In this document: positions 46,929 through 56,956 of the stretch, in pieces
Numbering within the stretch: the first letter of the stretch is position 1
Layout: the number at the start of each line of letters is the position of its first letter
Notes under the pieces: model-generated
Databases searched by the model: none
Told to the model about the DNA's origin: nothing
What the model saw: only the letters and a program-made list of their open reading frames with translations
Made by a program: the position numbers and the translations under genes
NCBI GenBank assembly: GCA_945952225.1
Contig: CAMFHP010000026.1
Location: 13,968 to 77,967, forward strand
Reading direction: 5' to 3'
Length of the DNA: 64,000 nucleotides
Source of the DNA: an uncultured Myxococcaceae bacterium
GTDB taxonomy: Bacteria > Myxococcota_A > Polyangia > Polyangiales > Ga0077539

Positions 46929-48365
46929 ATGGTGCGCGCCGCGACGAGCTCCTCGATCGTTGCCACGGTGCTGCTCGCCGCCGCGAGCGCCGCCGCGCAG
47001 GGGCGTGCGATCGAGCGGCTCTCGGTGGGCGCGGAGCTCGGCGTGGGCGCGATGGTGTCGAGCTACCAGCGCAACGACGACGTGCAGGCGTGGTCGGGCA
47101 GCGCGCCGGGCTATCGCGACGTGGCGGGGTCGGCGTCGTTGCGTCTCGCGTGGCGTGTGGTCGATGCGCTTCACGTCGAGGCGGCAGTGAGCGCGGCGGC
47201 GTTTCCGTCGAGCACGGGCGCGCCGACGGGGTGGGTCTTCGCGCCGACGCTGGGCTTGAGCGTACGGCCTTTGCTCGGCGCGCGGATGTCGTTGCGCCTC
47301 GATGCGCACGCGGGTCTCGCGATGACAGGCCACGACCGCGCACCGCTCCTCGACGCGGGCCTCGGCCTCGATGTGGTGCTCACGCGCGCGCTCTCGCTCG
47401 GCCCCTTCGCGCGGTACACGCAGGTCATCCAGGGTGAGACCCGCGACGACGGCGCGCCGGAACCCTTTCCCGACGACGCGCGCTATGTGATGAGCGGCCT
47501 CGCGCTCACGTGGAGCCCTCCGCCGCGCGCGCCCGTCGTGGCCCCCGAACCCGCGCCGCCCGAAGCGCCCGCGCGCGACCACGACGGCGACGGCGTTCCC
47601 GACCGCGACGACATGTGCCCGACCGTCGCGATGGGCGCGCACCCGTCTCCCACGCGGCGCGGCTGCGTCGACACCGACGCCGATGGCGACGGCGTGTACG
47701 ACGGCGAAGACCTCTGCCCCGCGGAGTCCGCTGGATCGCAGCGCGATCCGATGCGCCCGGGATGTCCCGACGGAGACCGCGACCGCGACGCCATCGCCGA
47801 CCACGCCGACCGCTGTCCCGACGAGCCCGTCGGCGCGCAGCCCGACCCCGACCGCGCGGGGTGCCCCGATGGCGACGGAGACCGCGACGGCGTGAGCGAC
47901 CACCGCGACCGATGCCCCGATCGCCCCGAGACCTTCAACAACGTCGACGACGGCGACGGATGCCCCGACGCCCCCGCGCTCGTGACGCTCAGCGAGGGCG
48001 CGATCACGCTGCTCGGCACGATCAACTTCGCCCCCGGCAGCAATCACATCGTCGGCGGTCGCAGCTTCGACACGCTCGACTCGCTGGTGGCCCTCCTCGC
48101 GGCGCATCGCGAGCTCTTGCGCGTCGAGGTGCAGGGACACACCGACGACCGCGGGAGCGCCGCCACGAACCTCGCCCTCTCGCAGCGCCGCGCCGACGCC
48201 GTGCGGCTCTACCTCGTGGAGCACGGCATCGCGAGCGCGCGCCTCGTGGCTCGCGGTTACGGGTCGACGCGCCCCATCGCCCGCAACGATTCGGCGACGC
48301 ACCGCGCCCTCAACCGACGCGTCGCCCTCGCGGTGCTCGACACGCGCAACGATGCGGCGCGCTGA
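46929..48365 (+). CDS. OmpA-family protein with thrombospondin type-3-like Asp repeats
   Basis: It has a signal peptide. DHDGDGVPDRDDMCP, DTDADGDGVYDGEDLCP and DGDRDRDAIADHADRCP are the repeats. The OmpA_C region reads VEVQGHTDDRGSAATNLALSQRRADAV...NRRVA. Confidence 0.9.
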   Translation: MVRAATSSSIVATVLLAAASAAAQGRAIERLSVGAELGVGAMVSSYQRNDDVQAWSGSAPGYRDVAGSASLRLAWRVVDALHVEAAVSAAAFPSSTGAPTGWVFAPTLGLSVRPLLGARMSLRLDAHAGLAMTGHDRAPLLDAGLGLDVVLTRALSLGPFARYTQVIQGETRDDGAPEPFPDDARYVMSGLALTWSPPPRAPVVAPEPAPPEAPARDHDGDGVPDRDDMCPTVAMGAHPSPTRRGCVDTDADGDGVYDGEDLCPAESAGSQRDPMRPGCPDGDRDRDAIADHADRCPDEPVGAQPDPDRAGCPDGDGDRDGVSDHRDRCPDRPETFNNVDDGDGCPDAPALVTLSEGAITLLGTINFAPGSNHIVGGRSFDTLDSLVALLAAHRELLRVEVQGHTDDRGSAATNLALSQRRADAVRLYLVEHGIASARLVARGYGSTRPIARNDSATHRALNRRVALAVLDTRNDAAR

Positions 48366-48484
48366 CACGCTCCGCCCGCGCTGAACGTCGCCCGCACGCA
48401 CCGCAACCACGGAGGAGCCATCGCGCGCCGCTGCGAGTCGCGGTATACGCGCGGGCCCATTTCCGCTACCGGTAACCCTCCCCG

Positions 48485-49477
48485 ATGTCGCGACAGCTCT
48501 TCGAATACCACCCGGTGATCGGCTACCGCTTCATTCCGAACCTCAAGGCGCGGGTGCCGCACGAGGCCGGCGGTTACCTCGTGCAGACCAACGAGGCGGG
48601 CTTCCGATCGAACCGCGCGTTCACCGCGGCGCGCACGCCGGGCAAGCGGCGCGTGCTGCTCTTCGGCGACTCGTTCACCGCGGGCGACGGCGTGTCGAAC
48701 GGACGGCGCTACGCCGAGGGCCTCGAAGCGCGCCTCCGCGACGCCGAGGTCTACAACTACGGCCTCTCGGGCACGGGCACCGACCAGCAGTTTCTCGCGT
48801 GGCGCGAGTTCGCGCAGGGCGTGGAGCACGACCTCGTGGTGGTGGGTGTGCTCGTCGAGAACGTGCGACGGGTGACGGCCCGCTACCGGCGCTACCTCGA
48901 CGCGAGCGGCCACGAGCGCACGTACGCGAAGCCCTACTACACGCTCGACGGCGAGGCCCTCACGCTCCATCAGGTTCCGCCGCGGCGCGAGCCCTTCGAA
49001 GACCATGAGCTGCCGCCCGAGGAGCGCGAGGCGGTCGATCGTGGAGGGCGCTTCGCGCTGCTCCGCCAGGTGGTGACCGCGGTGGGCGCGAAGGACGTCG
49101 TGCAGCGCCTCACGCGCTACCAGCCGGTGCCCGACTACGACAGCGCCACGTCGCCCGGATGGATGCTCATGCGCGCGGTGCTCGCGCAGTGGATCCGCGC
49201 GTCGCAGCGGCCCGTGATGCTCATGCCGCTGCCGCTCTATCAGCACATCGAAGAGACCTGCGACGCCGACGGATACCAGGCGCGCTTTCGTGAGCTGAGC
49301 GCCGACACGGGCTGCCTGCTCCACGACCCGCTGCCCGACCTGCTGCGCTACCCGATGGCGCAGCGTCGCGCGTTCCGTTTTGCGACGGACGTGCACCCGA
49401 CGCCCGAGGGCCACGAGGCCATCGCGGCCTCGCTGGCGCCCGCGGTCGAGCGCGCGCTCGCGGCGATCTCTCCCTAG
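48485..49477 (+). CDS. SGNH/GDSL-family hydrolase
   Basis: RVLLFGDSFTAGDGV is block I (GDS). The C-terminal region reads ATDVHPTPEGHEAIA, with a DxxH-like block V. Confidence 0.75.
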   Translation: MSRQLFEYHPVIGYRFIPNLKARVPHEAGGYLVQTNEAGFRSNRAFTAARTPGKRRVLLFGDSFTAGDGVSNGRRYAEGLEARLRDAEVYNYGLSGTGTDQQFLAWREFAQGVEHDLVVVGVLVENVRRVTARYRRYLDASGHERTYAKPYYTLDGEALTLHQVPPRREPFEDHELPPEEREAVDRGGRFALLRQVVTAVGAKDVVQRLTRYQPVPDYDSATSPGWMLMRAVLAQWIRASQRPVMLMPLPLYQHIEETCDADGYQARFRELSADTGCLLHDPLPDLLRYPMAQRRAFRFATDVHPTPEGHEAIAASLAPAVERALAAISP

Positions 49478-49519
49478 GACCCTCTCGACCCCTCAACGCC
49501 CCGCACAGGTCACACGCCG

Positions 49520-51367
49520 ATGGCGAAGACGATCCTCGGACTCTCAGCGTTCTATCACGACTCCGCGGCGGCCCTCGTGCAGGGCGGCGAGATCCTCGCG
49601 GCCGCACAGGAGGAGCGCTTCTCGCGCAAGAAGCACGACCCGCGCTTCCCCGCGCGCGCCGTGAACTACTGCCTCGAAGAGGCCTTCGTCGAGGCCTCGG
49701 ACCTCGACGCCGTGGTCTTCTACGACAACCCCCTCGCGACCTTCGACCGCGTGGTCGAGAACTCCATCGCGGTGGGCGCGCGCGGCCGCGAGCAGTTCGT
49801 GAAGGCCGCAACGTCGATCCTCGGCAACAAGGTGTGGGTGAACGAGCACGTGCGCCGCGCGCTGGGCACGCTCGGTCGCGAGGGCCGCGTGCTCTTCGCC
49901 GAGCACCACATGGCCCACGCGGCGAGCGCGTTCTATCCGTCGCCCTTCGAGTCCGCGGCGGTGCTCACCCTCGACGGCGTGGGCGAGTGGGCGACGACGA
50001 GCCTCGGCGCGGGCCGCGGCAACCACGTCGAGCTCTTCAGCGAGATCGACTACCCGCACTCGCTGGGGCTTCTCTACAGCGCGGTGACGTACTTCTGCGG
50101 GTTCAAGGTGAACTCGGGCGAGTACAAGCTCATGGGCCTCGCGCCCTACGGCGAGCCGCGCTTCTACGACGTGATGCGCGAGCACCTCATCGACGTGCGC
50201 GACGACGGCTCGTACCGCCTCGACACGTCGTACTTCGGCTACCTCGACGGCATGGTGATGACGAACGACCGCTTCGCGGCGCTCTTCGGCGGCCCCGCGC
50301 GCGAAGGCGAATCGCGCATCACGCGCCGCGAGATGGACCTCGCCGCCAGCGTGCAGAAGCTCACCGAGGAGATCGTGCTCAAGACCGCGCGCCACCTCCG
50401 CAAGGTGACCGGCGAGCGCAACCTGGTGATGGCCGGCGGTGTTGCGCTCAACTGCGTGGCGAACGGCAAGCTCGTGGCCGAGGGGATCTTCGACAACGTG
50501 TGGATCCAGCCCGCGGCGGGCGATGCGGGCGGAGCGCTCGGCGCGGCGCTGCTCGCGAACCACATGTACTTCGGTGAGCCCCGCGCGGTCGACGCGAAGG
50601 GGCGCGACAAGCAGAAGGGCAGCTACCTCGGGCCGCGGTATTCGAGCGACGAGGTGCGCGCGTTCCTCGACCGTCACGGGTATCCGTACACGCGCATCGA
50701 GGGGCTCGCGGAGCGCGCCGCGGTGGTGGCCGGTCACCTCGCCGAGGGCAAGATCGTCGGATGGCTCGCGGGCCGCATGGAGTTCGGTCCCCGCGCGCTC
50801 GGGGCGCGGTCGATCCTGGGCGATCCGCGCAACAAGGAGACGCAGTCGGTGATGAACCTGAAGATCAAATTCAGGGAGTCGTTCCGACCCTTCGCGCCGA
50901 GCGTGCTGCGCGAGCGCTGCGCGGACTACTTCGACCTGCAGTGCGAGAGCCCGTACATGCTGCTCATCGCGCCGGTCTGTGCGTCGCGGCGCATCGCGAT
51001 GGACGATCGCGCGTTTCGCGAGGGCGACGACGACATGCTCGCGGTGCTTCACCAGGCGCGCAGCGATGTGCCGGCGGTCACGCACGTGGACTACTCCGCG
51101 CGCATCCAGACCGTCGACGCGGAGACGCACCCGGAGTACCGCGCGCTGCTCGAAGCGTTCGAGCGGGCCACGGGCTGCGGCATGCTGGTGAACACGTCGT
51201 TCAACGTGCGCGGCGAGCCGATCGTGTGCACGCCCTCCGACGCGTACCGCTGCTTCATGCGCACGGAGATGGACCTGCTCGTGCTCGAAGACTGCCTCGT
51301 GTGGCGCCGCGAGCAGCCGCGCTTCGACGACGCCGAGAACTGGAAGGAGACCTATGAGCTCGACTGA
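49520..51367 (+). CDS. Carbamoyltransferase (NodU/CmcH family)
   Basis: MAKTILGLSAFYHDSAAALVQGGEILAAAQEERFSRKKHD. The length (615 aa) and the C-terminal domain (LVNTSFNVRGEPIV) are typical of the family. Confidence 0.9.
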   Translation: MAKTILGLSAFYHDSAAALVQGGEILAAAQEERFSRKKHDPRFPARAVNYCLEEAFVEASDLDAVVFYDNPLATFDRVVENSIAVGARGREQFVKAATSILGNKVWVNEHVRRALGTLGREGRVLFAEHHMAHAASAFYPSPFESAAVLTLDGVGEWATTSLGAGRGNHVELFSEIDYPHSLGLLYSAVTYFCGFKVNSGEYKLMGLAPYGEPRFYDVMREHLIDVRDDGSYRLDTSYFGYLDGMVMTNDRFAALFGGPAREGESRITRREMDLAASVQKLTEEIVLKTARHLRKVTGERNLVMAGGVALNCVANGKLVAEGIFDNVWIQPAAGDAGGALGAALLANHMYFGEPRAVDAKGRDKQKGSYLGPRYSSDEVRAFLDRHGYPYTRIEGLAERAAVVAGHLAEGKIVGWLAGRMEFGPRALGARSILGDPRNKETQSVMNLKIKFRESFRPFAPSVLRERCADYFDLQCESPYMLLIAPVCASRRIAMDDRAFREGDDDMLAVLHQARSDVPAVTHVDYSARIQTVDAETHPEYRALLEAFERATGCGMLVNTSFNVRGEPIVCTPSDAYRCFMRTEMDLLVLEDCLVWRREQPRFDDAENWKETYELD

Positions 51368-51710
51368 CCCCCGCGCCGCGCTCGGCGCCCTCTTCGACGC
51401 GGTGATTGTTCCGATGGCCGCGCGCGCCGAGGCCGAGGGACGTGCGCCCTTTCCCTCGAAGCCCGACGCCTCGGTGGAGAGCTACTACGTGCGCCGCCCG
51501 CAGCCTGCGATGCGCCGCGAGGACTTCGTGACCCCTTCGTGCGAGGGCTTCGAAGACTTCGAGCGACGCCTTGCCGCGCACTGGCGCGCCCTCGGTCGCT
51601 TCGAGCTGGCCGATGCATCGACCCGCTTCACCGAGGCCGCACGTGCGGTGTATGCGTTGCGAGAGGACGCGTCGGGCGAGGTGTCGCCCTTCGTGTACGT
51701 GATGTTCTAG
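51354..51710 (+). CDS. Hypothetical small protein, 14-nt overlap with the carbamoyltransferase 3' end
   Basis: 118-aa ORF with coding-like GC3, tightly packed between cassette genes. I recognise no family. Confidence 0.5.
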   Translation: MSSTDPRAALGALFDAVIVPMAARAEAEGRAPFPSKPDASVESYYVRRPQPAMRREDFVTPSCEGFEDFERRLAAHWRALGRFELADASTRFTEAARAVYALREDASGEVSPFVYVMF

Positions 51711-51713
51711 GCG

Positions 51714-52586
51714 ATGGACTTCGGCATCCGGCGAGAGAAGCGCGCGCTCGCGAGGGCGTTGGGCGTGACGGGCGTGAGCACGATGCTGCTGCACGCGCAG
51801 TCGGCCGTGCACCGTGGGGGATACGTGCGCGTGGTGAACTACCACGGCACGCCCCCGGAGTTCGCTGCGTCGTTCGAACGCCAGATGGAGTTCTACGCGG
51901 AGCACTTCGAGCCCGTGGGCCGCGCAGATCTCGACCGCTTCTATCGCGAGGGGCGATGGACGGGGCGTCGCCCGGGGCTGCTCATCACCTTCGACGACGG
52001 GCTCCGGACCAACTACGACGTGGCGGCGCCGGTGCTCGAACGGCACGGGTTTCCCGGGTGGTTCTTCGTGCCCGTGGGGTTCATCGACGAGCCCGCGCAG
52101 CACCAGCTTGCGTATGCCTCCGAGCACCTCATCCAGGTCGATCACGCGTATGCCGACGGGCGCGTCGCGATGTCGTGGGATGAGCTCCGCGCGCTCTCGC
52201 AGCGCCACGAGGTCGGGTGCCACACGCGCACGCACCTGCGGCTCGCGCCGTCGATCGCGCCCGCGATGCTCGAAGACGAGATCATCGCGGCGCGCGAAGA
52301 CATGACCGCCCGCGTGGGCCGCACCGTCGACACGTTCTGCTGGGTCGGCGGCGAGGAGCACACGTACTCCGCGGAGGCCGCGCGCGTGATCCGCCGCGCG
52401 GGCTACGCGTACAGCTTCATGACGAACAACGCGCCGCTGGTGCCGGGCACGGACCCCTACCAGATTCAGCGCACGAACATCGAAGCGGCGTGGCCTCTCG
52501 ACGTGTTGCGCTTTCAGCTCTCGGGTGTGATGGACGCGATCTACGCGCCGAAGCGCTCCCGCGTGAACCGCCTCACGGAGCGCTGA
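51714..52586 (+). CDS. Polysaccharide deacetylase (NodB-homology) family protein
   Basis: LLITFDDGLRTNYDVAAPVLERHGFPGWFFV carries the TFDDG motif. CHTRTH is a His motif. Confidence 0.8.
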   Translation: MDFGIRREKRALARALGVTGVSTMLLHAQSAVHRGGYVRVVNYHGTPPEFAASFERQMEFYAEHFEPVGRADLDRFYREGRWTGRRPGLLITFDDGLRTNYDVAAPVLERHGFPGWFFVPVGFIDEPAQHQLAYASEHLIQVDHAYADGRVAMSWDELRALSQRHEVGCHTRTHLRLAPSIAPAMLEDEIIAAREDMTARVGRTVDTFCWVGGEEHTYSAEAARVIRRAGYAYSFMTNNAPLVPGTDPYQIQRTNIEAAWPLDVLRFQLSGVMDAIYAPKRSRVNRLTER

Positions 52587-52649
52587 CGCGACACCACGAC
52601 GCCGCGAGCGCGCTCCCCGAGAGGCTCGCGCGACGCCGCGTGCGCACGC

Positions 52650-54941
52650 TCAGTTGAGCGTGACCGCGAAGCTGGTGTGCACGGCGGTGCCCGCGGCGAG
52701 CGCGCGAATCTGAGACGCCGAGCGGGTCTCGAGGCAGGTCGTGAGCACGGGCTCGGAACGGTCATCGAGGCGCAGCGAGATCTGACCGCTCTCGGCCACG
52801 TTGACCGTCATGTTCAGACGGCGCGCAGCCGCCGCGGGGTTGCGCAGCTTGAACTGCTCCCAGCATCGACGAACGATGCCGCTGCGCTCGACCTGATCGA
52901 CGGCCTCGCGCTCGCGCACGGTGTCGCGAATGCGCGTGCTCCCGGTGCCGCCGGTGCCCGTGCTCGCAGGCGCCGTGGCCGAGTTGTTCTGCGCAGTCGC
53001 GGTGGCCGCGGGCTGACGGAGCGGCGCGTTCACGATCGTCGGTGCAGGGCCGTGCGCCGCGCCCGGAGAGAGTCCCATCATGCGCTCGATCGCGGCCTGC
53101 CGCTGGTCGTTCGAGAGCGCAGGTTCGGGCGCGCCGGGGCGCGGCGTATGCGGTCGCGGACGGTTGTGGGCCGCAGCGCCGCCGTTGTTGTCCGGGGCGA
53201 AGGCCATGTCGGGTGCGGTCTCCTGCGGCGCGGGCGTCGGCGTGGGCGCAGCCACGGCGGGCGCGGGCGCCGTAGGCTGCGCGACGGACGGCGGTGCAGG
53301 AGGCGGCGTGGGCGCCTGCACGGCACGCGGCGCTTCAGGCGCAGGGCGGCGCGTTGCGATCACACCGCCCACCACGGCCACGAGCACGAGCCCCGCGGCG
53401 GCGACGAGCAGGCCCCGCGAGCGCGGACGCGCGCTCGTCGGCGCCACGTCCACGGCGACACCGAGCGGCCCGGTGTTCGTGAGCGCGGCAGGCATCTCCG
53501 CGGGCACCGAGGGCACCGCGGCGGGCTTCGTCGACACCACCGCAGACGCAGCCGATGGAGCCGCGGGCGGGTGCGTGTCGAACACGGGGTCGGACCACGC
53601 ACCTCCGCGCGCCGCAGGGGCAGCAGACGGCGGCACAGAGGCCTTGAAGACAGGGTCTTCCCAAGCGCCGACGGCGGGCGCTGCGGGCGTCGTGGCGGCC
53701 TCGAGCACGGGCGCGAAGTCGGCGGCCGGTGCGGGCGGCGGCGCGGCTTCGGCGACCGCGGGCGACGGCGGCGCGCTGGTGGGCGCCGACGAGGGCGGCG
53801 GCACCGACGGAACGCGCGCTGGCGGGACCGACGGGATCTTCGCCGACGGAACGGACGGCTCCTTCGCGGCGAACAGGTCGGGCGCAGGCGCTTCGACCGC
53901 AGGCGTCGGCGGACGGATCGAGGGCGACGGCACCGGCGGCGCGACGGGCGCTTCGGGCTTGCGCGTAGGCGCGAGCGTCGGGGAGCGCCCCGTCACAGGA
54001 ACGCGCGGCGCAGGGGTGGGCGTTGTCGCAGGCGTCGGCGGACGTGGCGCAGGCGCGAGGGGCTTCGCGACGGGCGTCGGCGTCGACGGCTTCGCGGCGG
54101 GCGCGAGCGGCTTCGCCACGGGCGCGGCGGGCTTCTCGGGGATGGCCACCGGCGGCAGTCGGAGCCCGCGGAGTTGATCGTCGGTGAGCGCAGAGAGCTT
54201 GCGCGTGGGCGCTTCCTGCAGGCGCTGATCGGGCACCGCGGCGCTCGCCGCGAGGGCGGCCGCGACCAGCGAGGAACTCTGATCGGAGACGACGGTCGCG
54301 TCGCCGTCAGAGTCGCTGAAGTTCGCGAGCGGCGGGTGCGACTGGCGCGGCGCCACCACACGCAACGGCGGGAGCAGGTCTTTCAGCGCGGGAACCGTGC
54401 GCAGCGGACGCCAGTCCCCAAAACCGTCGCGCCACACGAGGGTGTCGCCCGTGACGTCGCCCGCGTGGATGTGACGCTGCACCTCGGCGCGCGAAATGGG
54501 CCCCACAGGCACGTCGCGAATGCCCGCGAACCAGCCGTGTTCGTCGGCCTCCGGCGCGTTCGATGCCGTGTCGATCGCGGGCGCAGGACGCGGGGCAGCC
54601 GCGGCTCCGTACGCAGGGCCCGTCGTGGTGGCGGCGCGCGCGCGAGGGACACCCACGCCGGGTGCACCCACGCCGGGCACCCCCGCGCGGGGAATGGCTC
54701 CCGTGGCCGGACGCGCGCCCACGGGACCGCCCACGGTCGGAGCGCGGAGGGGCGAGGTCACCGGGGTCGCAATGGGCGCGGCGTCGACCGGCGGCGCCAT
54801 CGACGACTGCGGCGCCGAAGGCCCCGGCAGGAGGATCATGTTCTCACACTTCTTGCACTTGAAGCGTGAGGCTGCGCGGCCCTGAAGTTTCTCGTCGGCT
54901 ACGTGATACTTCTGACCGCACCGGTCACACTGGAAATCCAT
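52650..54941 (-). CDS. MJ0042-type zinc-ribbon - GYF_2 - Pro-rich - TM - AgmX/PglI-like C-terminal domain protein
   Basis: The zinc ribbon is MDFQCDRCGQKYHVADEKL...FKCKKCENMILLP. The GYF_2 domain is WFAGIRDVPVGPISRAEVQRHIHAGDVTGDTLVWRDGFGDWRPL. The TM segment is LLVAAAGLVLVAVVGGVIA. The C-terminal domain reads IVRRCWEQFK...LNMTVNVAESGQISLRLD...TTCLETRS. Confidence 0.75.
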   Translation of the reverse strand: MDFQCDRCGQKYHVADEKLQGRAASRFKCKKCENMILLPGPSAPQSSMAPPVDAAPIATPVTSPLRAPTVGGPVGARPATGAIPRAGVPGVGAPGVGVPRARAATTTGPAYGAAAAPRPAPAIDTASNAPEADEHGWFAGIRDVPVGPISRAEVQRHIHAGDVTGDTLVWRDGFGDWRPLRTVPALKDLLPPLRVVAPRQSHPPLANFSDSDGDATVVSDQSSSLVAAALAASAAVPDQRLQEAPTRKLSALTDDQLRGLRLPPVAIPEKPAAPVAKPLAPAAKPSTPTPVAKPLAPAPRPPTPATTPTPAPRVPVTGRSPTLAPTRKPEAPVAPPVPSPSIRPPTPAVEAPAPDLFAAKEPSVPSAKIPSVPPARVPSVPPPSSAPTSAPPSPAVAEAAPPPAPAADFAPVLEAATTPAAPAVGAWEDPVFKASVPPSAAPAARGGAWSDPVFDTHPPAAPSAASAVVSTKPAAVPSVPAEMPAALTNTGPLGVAVDVAPTSARPRSRGLLVAAAGLVLVAVVGGVIATRRPAPEAPRAVQAPTPPPAPPSVAQPTAPAPAVAAPTPTPAPQETAPDMAFAPDNNGGAAAHNRPRPHTPRPGAPEPALSNDQRQAAIERMMGLSPGAAHGPAPTIVNAPLRQPAATATAQNNSATAPASTGTGGTGSTRIRDTVREREAVDQVERSGIVRRCWEQFKLRNPAAAARRLNMTVNVAESGQISLRLDDRSEPVLTTCLETRSASQIRALAAGTAVHTSFAVTLN

Positions 54942-55097
54942 CTCGGTCAGAACCTCCCATCGACGGAAGAGGGGGCCTCTTCCAGACAAGATGGAATTCC
55001 ATCACTTCTGTCAAGCTTGGAGTTGTCTCGCGCGGCGACACCACATCCGCGCAACGCCCGTGCAGCAGGGACCTCTCTGCGATCCCGTCCCCGACGG

Positions 55098-56840
55098 TCA
55101 GAACTCCGCCGGGTCCGTGTGGGTCCCGAAGACCTCGCGCAGCACGTCGCAGATCTCCTGCTCGGTGCACATCGCCTTGGCCGCCTCGACGATAGGGTAA
55201 CACAGGTTCGTGGTGCCCCTCGCACCCTCTCGCACGGCCTGCAGCGCGGCGCGCACCTTTTCTCCGTCACGCGCAGCCTTCACCGCCGCGAGGTCGGCGC
55301 ACTGCTCCTGCTGCACGGCCTCATCGATCTTGAGGAGCGGGATGCGCGAGGGCTCCTCCATCGTGAAGTCGTTGACGCCGACCATCACCTTCTCACGGCG
55401 CTCGACCTGACGCTGAAAGCGATACGCCGCCGACGCGATCTCGCGCTGCGGATAGCCCTTCTCCACCGCCGACACCATGCCGCCCATGTCGTCGATGCGA
55501 CGGATGTACTCCAGCGCCTCGGCCTCGATCTTCGACGTGAGCCACTCGACGTAGTAGCTCCCGCCGAGAGGGTCGATGGTGTTGGCCACGCCGGTCTCGT
55601 GCGCCACGATCTGCTGCGTGCGCAGCGCGATGGTGACGGCCTCCTCCGTGGGCAGCGCGTAGGTCTCGTCGAGCGAGTTCGTGTGGAGCGACTGCGTGCC
55701 GCCGAGCACCGCCGCGAGGGCCTGCACGGCCACGCGCGCGACGTTGTTGTAGGGCTGCTGCGCGGTGAGCGACACGCCCGCGGTCTGCGCGTGCGTCTTG
55801 AGCTTCATGCTCTCGGGGTGCTTCGCGCCGAAGCGGTCGCGCATCGTCCGAGCCCAGATGCGACGGGCCGCGCGGAACTTCGCGATCTCCTCGAAGAAGT
55901 CGACGTGCACGTCGAAGAAGAACGAGAGGCGCGGCGCGAACGCATCGACGTCGAGCCCGCGGTCGACGGCGGCCTGCACGTACGCGATGCCGTCGGCGAG
56001 CGTGAACGCGAGCTCCTGCGCCGCCGTGCTGCCCGCCTCGCGAATGTGGTAGCCCGAGATGCTGACCGGGTGCCACCGCGGGAGTTCCTTCGCGGCGAAC
56101 TCGATGGTGTCGGCCACGAGGCGCATCGCGGCGCGCGGACCGACGATCCACGCGTGCTGCGCGATGAACTCCTTGAGGCAGTCGTTCTGGATCGTGCCGC
56201 CGAGCGACGAGCGCGCGATGCCCCGCGTGTCGGCGAGCGCGACGTAGAAGCACAGCAGCACGATCGCCGGACCGTTGATGGTCATCGAGGTCGTGACGCG
56301 ATCGAGGGGAATGCCCTGAAAGAGCACGTCCATGTCGCGCAGCGTGTCGACCGCGACGCCGCACATCCCCACCTCGCCGAGGGAGCGCGGCGAGTCGGAG
56401 TCGTAGCCCATGAGCGTCGGGAAATCGAAGGCCACCGAGAGCCCCGTCTGCCCCTGCGAGAGCAGGTAGTGGTAGCGCTCGTTGGTCTGCTTCGGCGTAC
56501 CGAAGCCCGCGAACTGACGCATGGTCCACAGGCGCCCGCGGTACATCGTCGGCTGGATGCCGCGCGTGAACGGAAACTCCCCGGGCATGCCCAGATCGCG
56601 GAGGTAGTCCACGGGATGGTCCGCGGGGGTCACCACGTCGGGCACTTCGAGGTCTGACAGCGTGGCGAAGCGCGGCGCACGCAGCGGCGACTTCGCCGTG
56701 GCCTTCGCCACCGAGGTGCGCTCCCAGCGCGCGCGGGCCTCGCGGATCTCGCGCAGCTCCGCGGGCTCGGACTCGTCGCGGTTCGCCGTCGTGGGGGGAG
56801 CGCTCGTTGTCTGCGCGGCCTCGGTCGCCATCGCCGTCAC
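55098..56840 (-). CDS. Acyl-CoA mutase large (substrate-binding) subunit, isobutyryl-CoA-mutase-like; no B12-binding domain
   Basis: [44 protein letters not shown] and [19 protein letters not shown] are present. At 580 aa it ends before any cobalamin-binding domain. Confidence 0.85.
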   Translation of the reverse strand: MTAMATEAAQTTSAPPTTANRDESEPAELREIREARARWERTSVAKATAKSPLRAPRFATLSDLEVPDVVTPADHPVDYLRDLGMPGEFPFTRGIQPTMYRGRLWTMRQFAGFGTPKQTNERYHYLLSQGQTGLSVAFDFPTLMGYDSDSPRSLGEVGMCGVAVDTLRDMDVLFQGIPLDRVTTSMTINGPAIVLLCFYVALADTRGIARSSLGGTIQNDCLKEFIAQHAWIVGPRAAMRLVADTIEFAAKELPRWHPVSISGYHIREAGSTAAQELAFTLADGIAYVQAAVDRGLDVDAFAPRLSFFFDVHVDFFEEIAKFRAARRIWARTMRDRFGAKHPESMKLKTHAQTAGVSLTAQQPYNNVARVAVQALAAVLGGTQSLHTNSLDETYALPTEEAVTIALRTQQIVAHETGVANTIDPLGGSYYVEWLTSKIEAEALEYIRRIDDMGGMVSAVEKGYPQREIASAAYRFQRQVERREKVMVGVNDFTMEEPSRIPLLKIDEAVQQEQCADLAAVKAARDGEKVRAALQAVREGARGTTNLCYPIVEAAKAMCTEQEICDVLREVFGTHTDPAEF

Positions 56841-56956
56841 CTCAATGCTGGATCGTCAATCGCAGGGGGATCTGCGCGTGCTGCCAACGCCCGCGCGTGG
56901 CGGACTCTGGCACGGCGCGCGAGGCGATCACAAGGGCGACCGCGGCGCTGCGGAAC

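Noticed and set aside
46737-48410. N-terminal extension of the 1606-aa minus-strand ORF
   Set aside because: The extension is Arg/His-rich and antisense to the well-supported OmpA/TSP3 gene. A clean signal peptide (MKRSLRSRLLSLALAFAAAPAC) begins at 46736.
52677-54869. 730-aa plus-strand ORF
   Set aside because: It is antisense to the zinc-ribbon/GYF gene and extremely Arg/Gly-rich.
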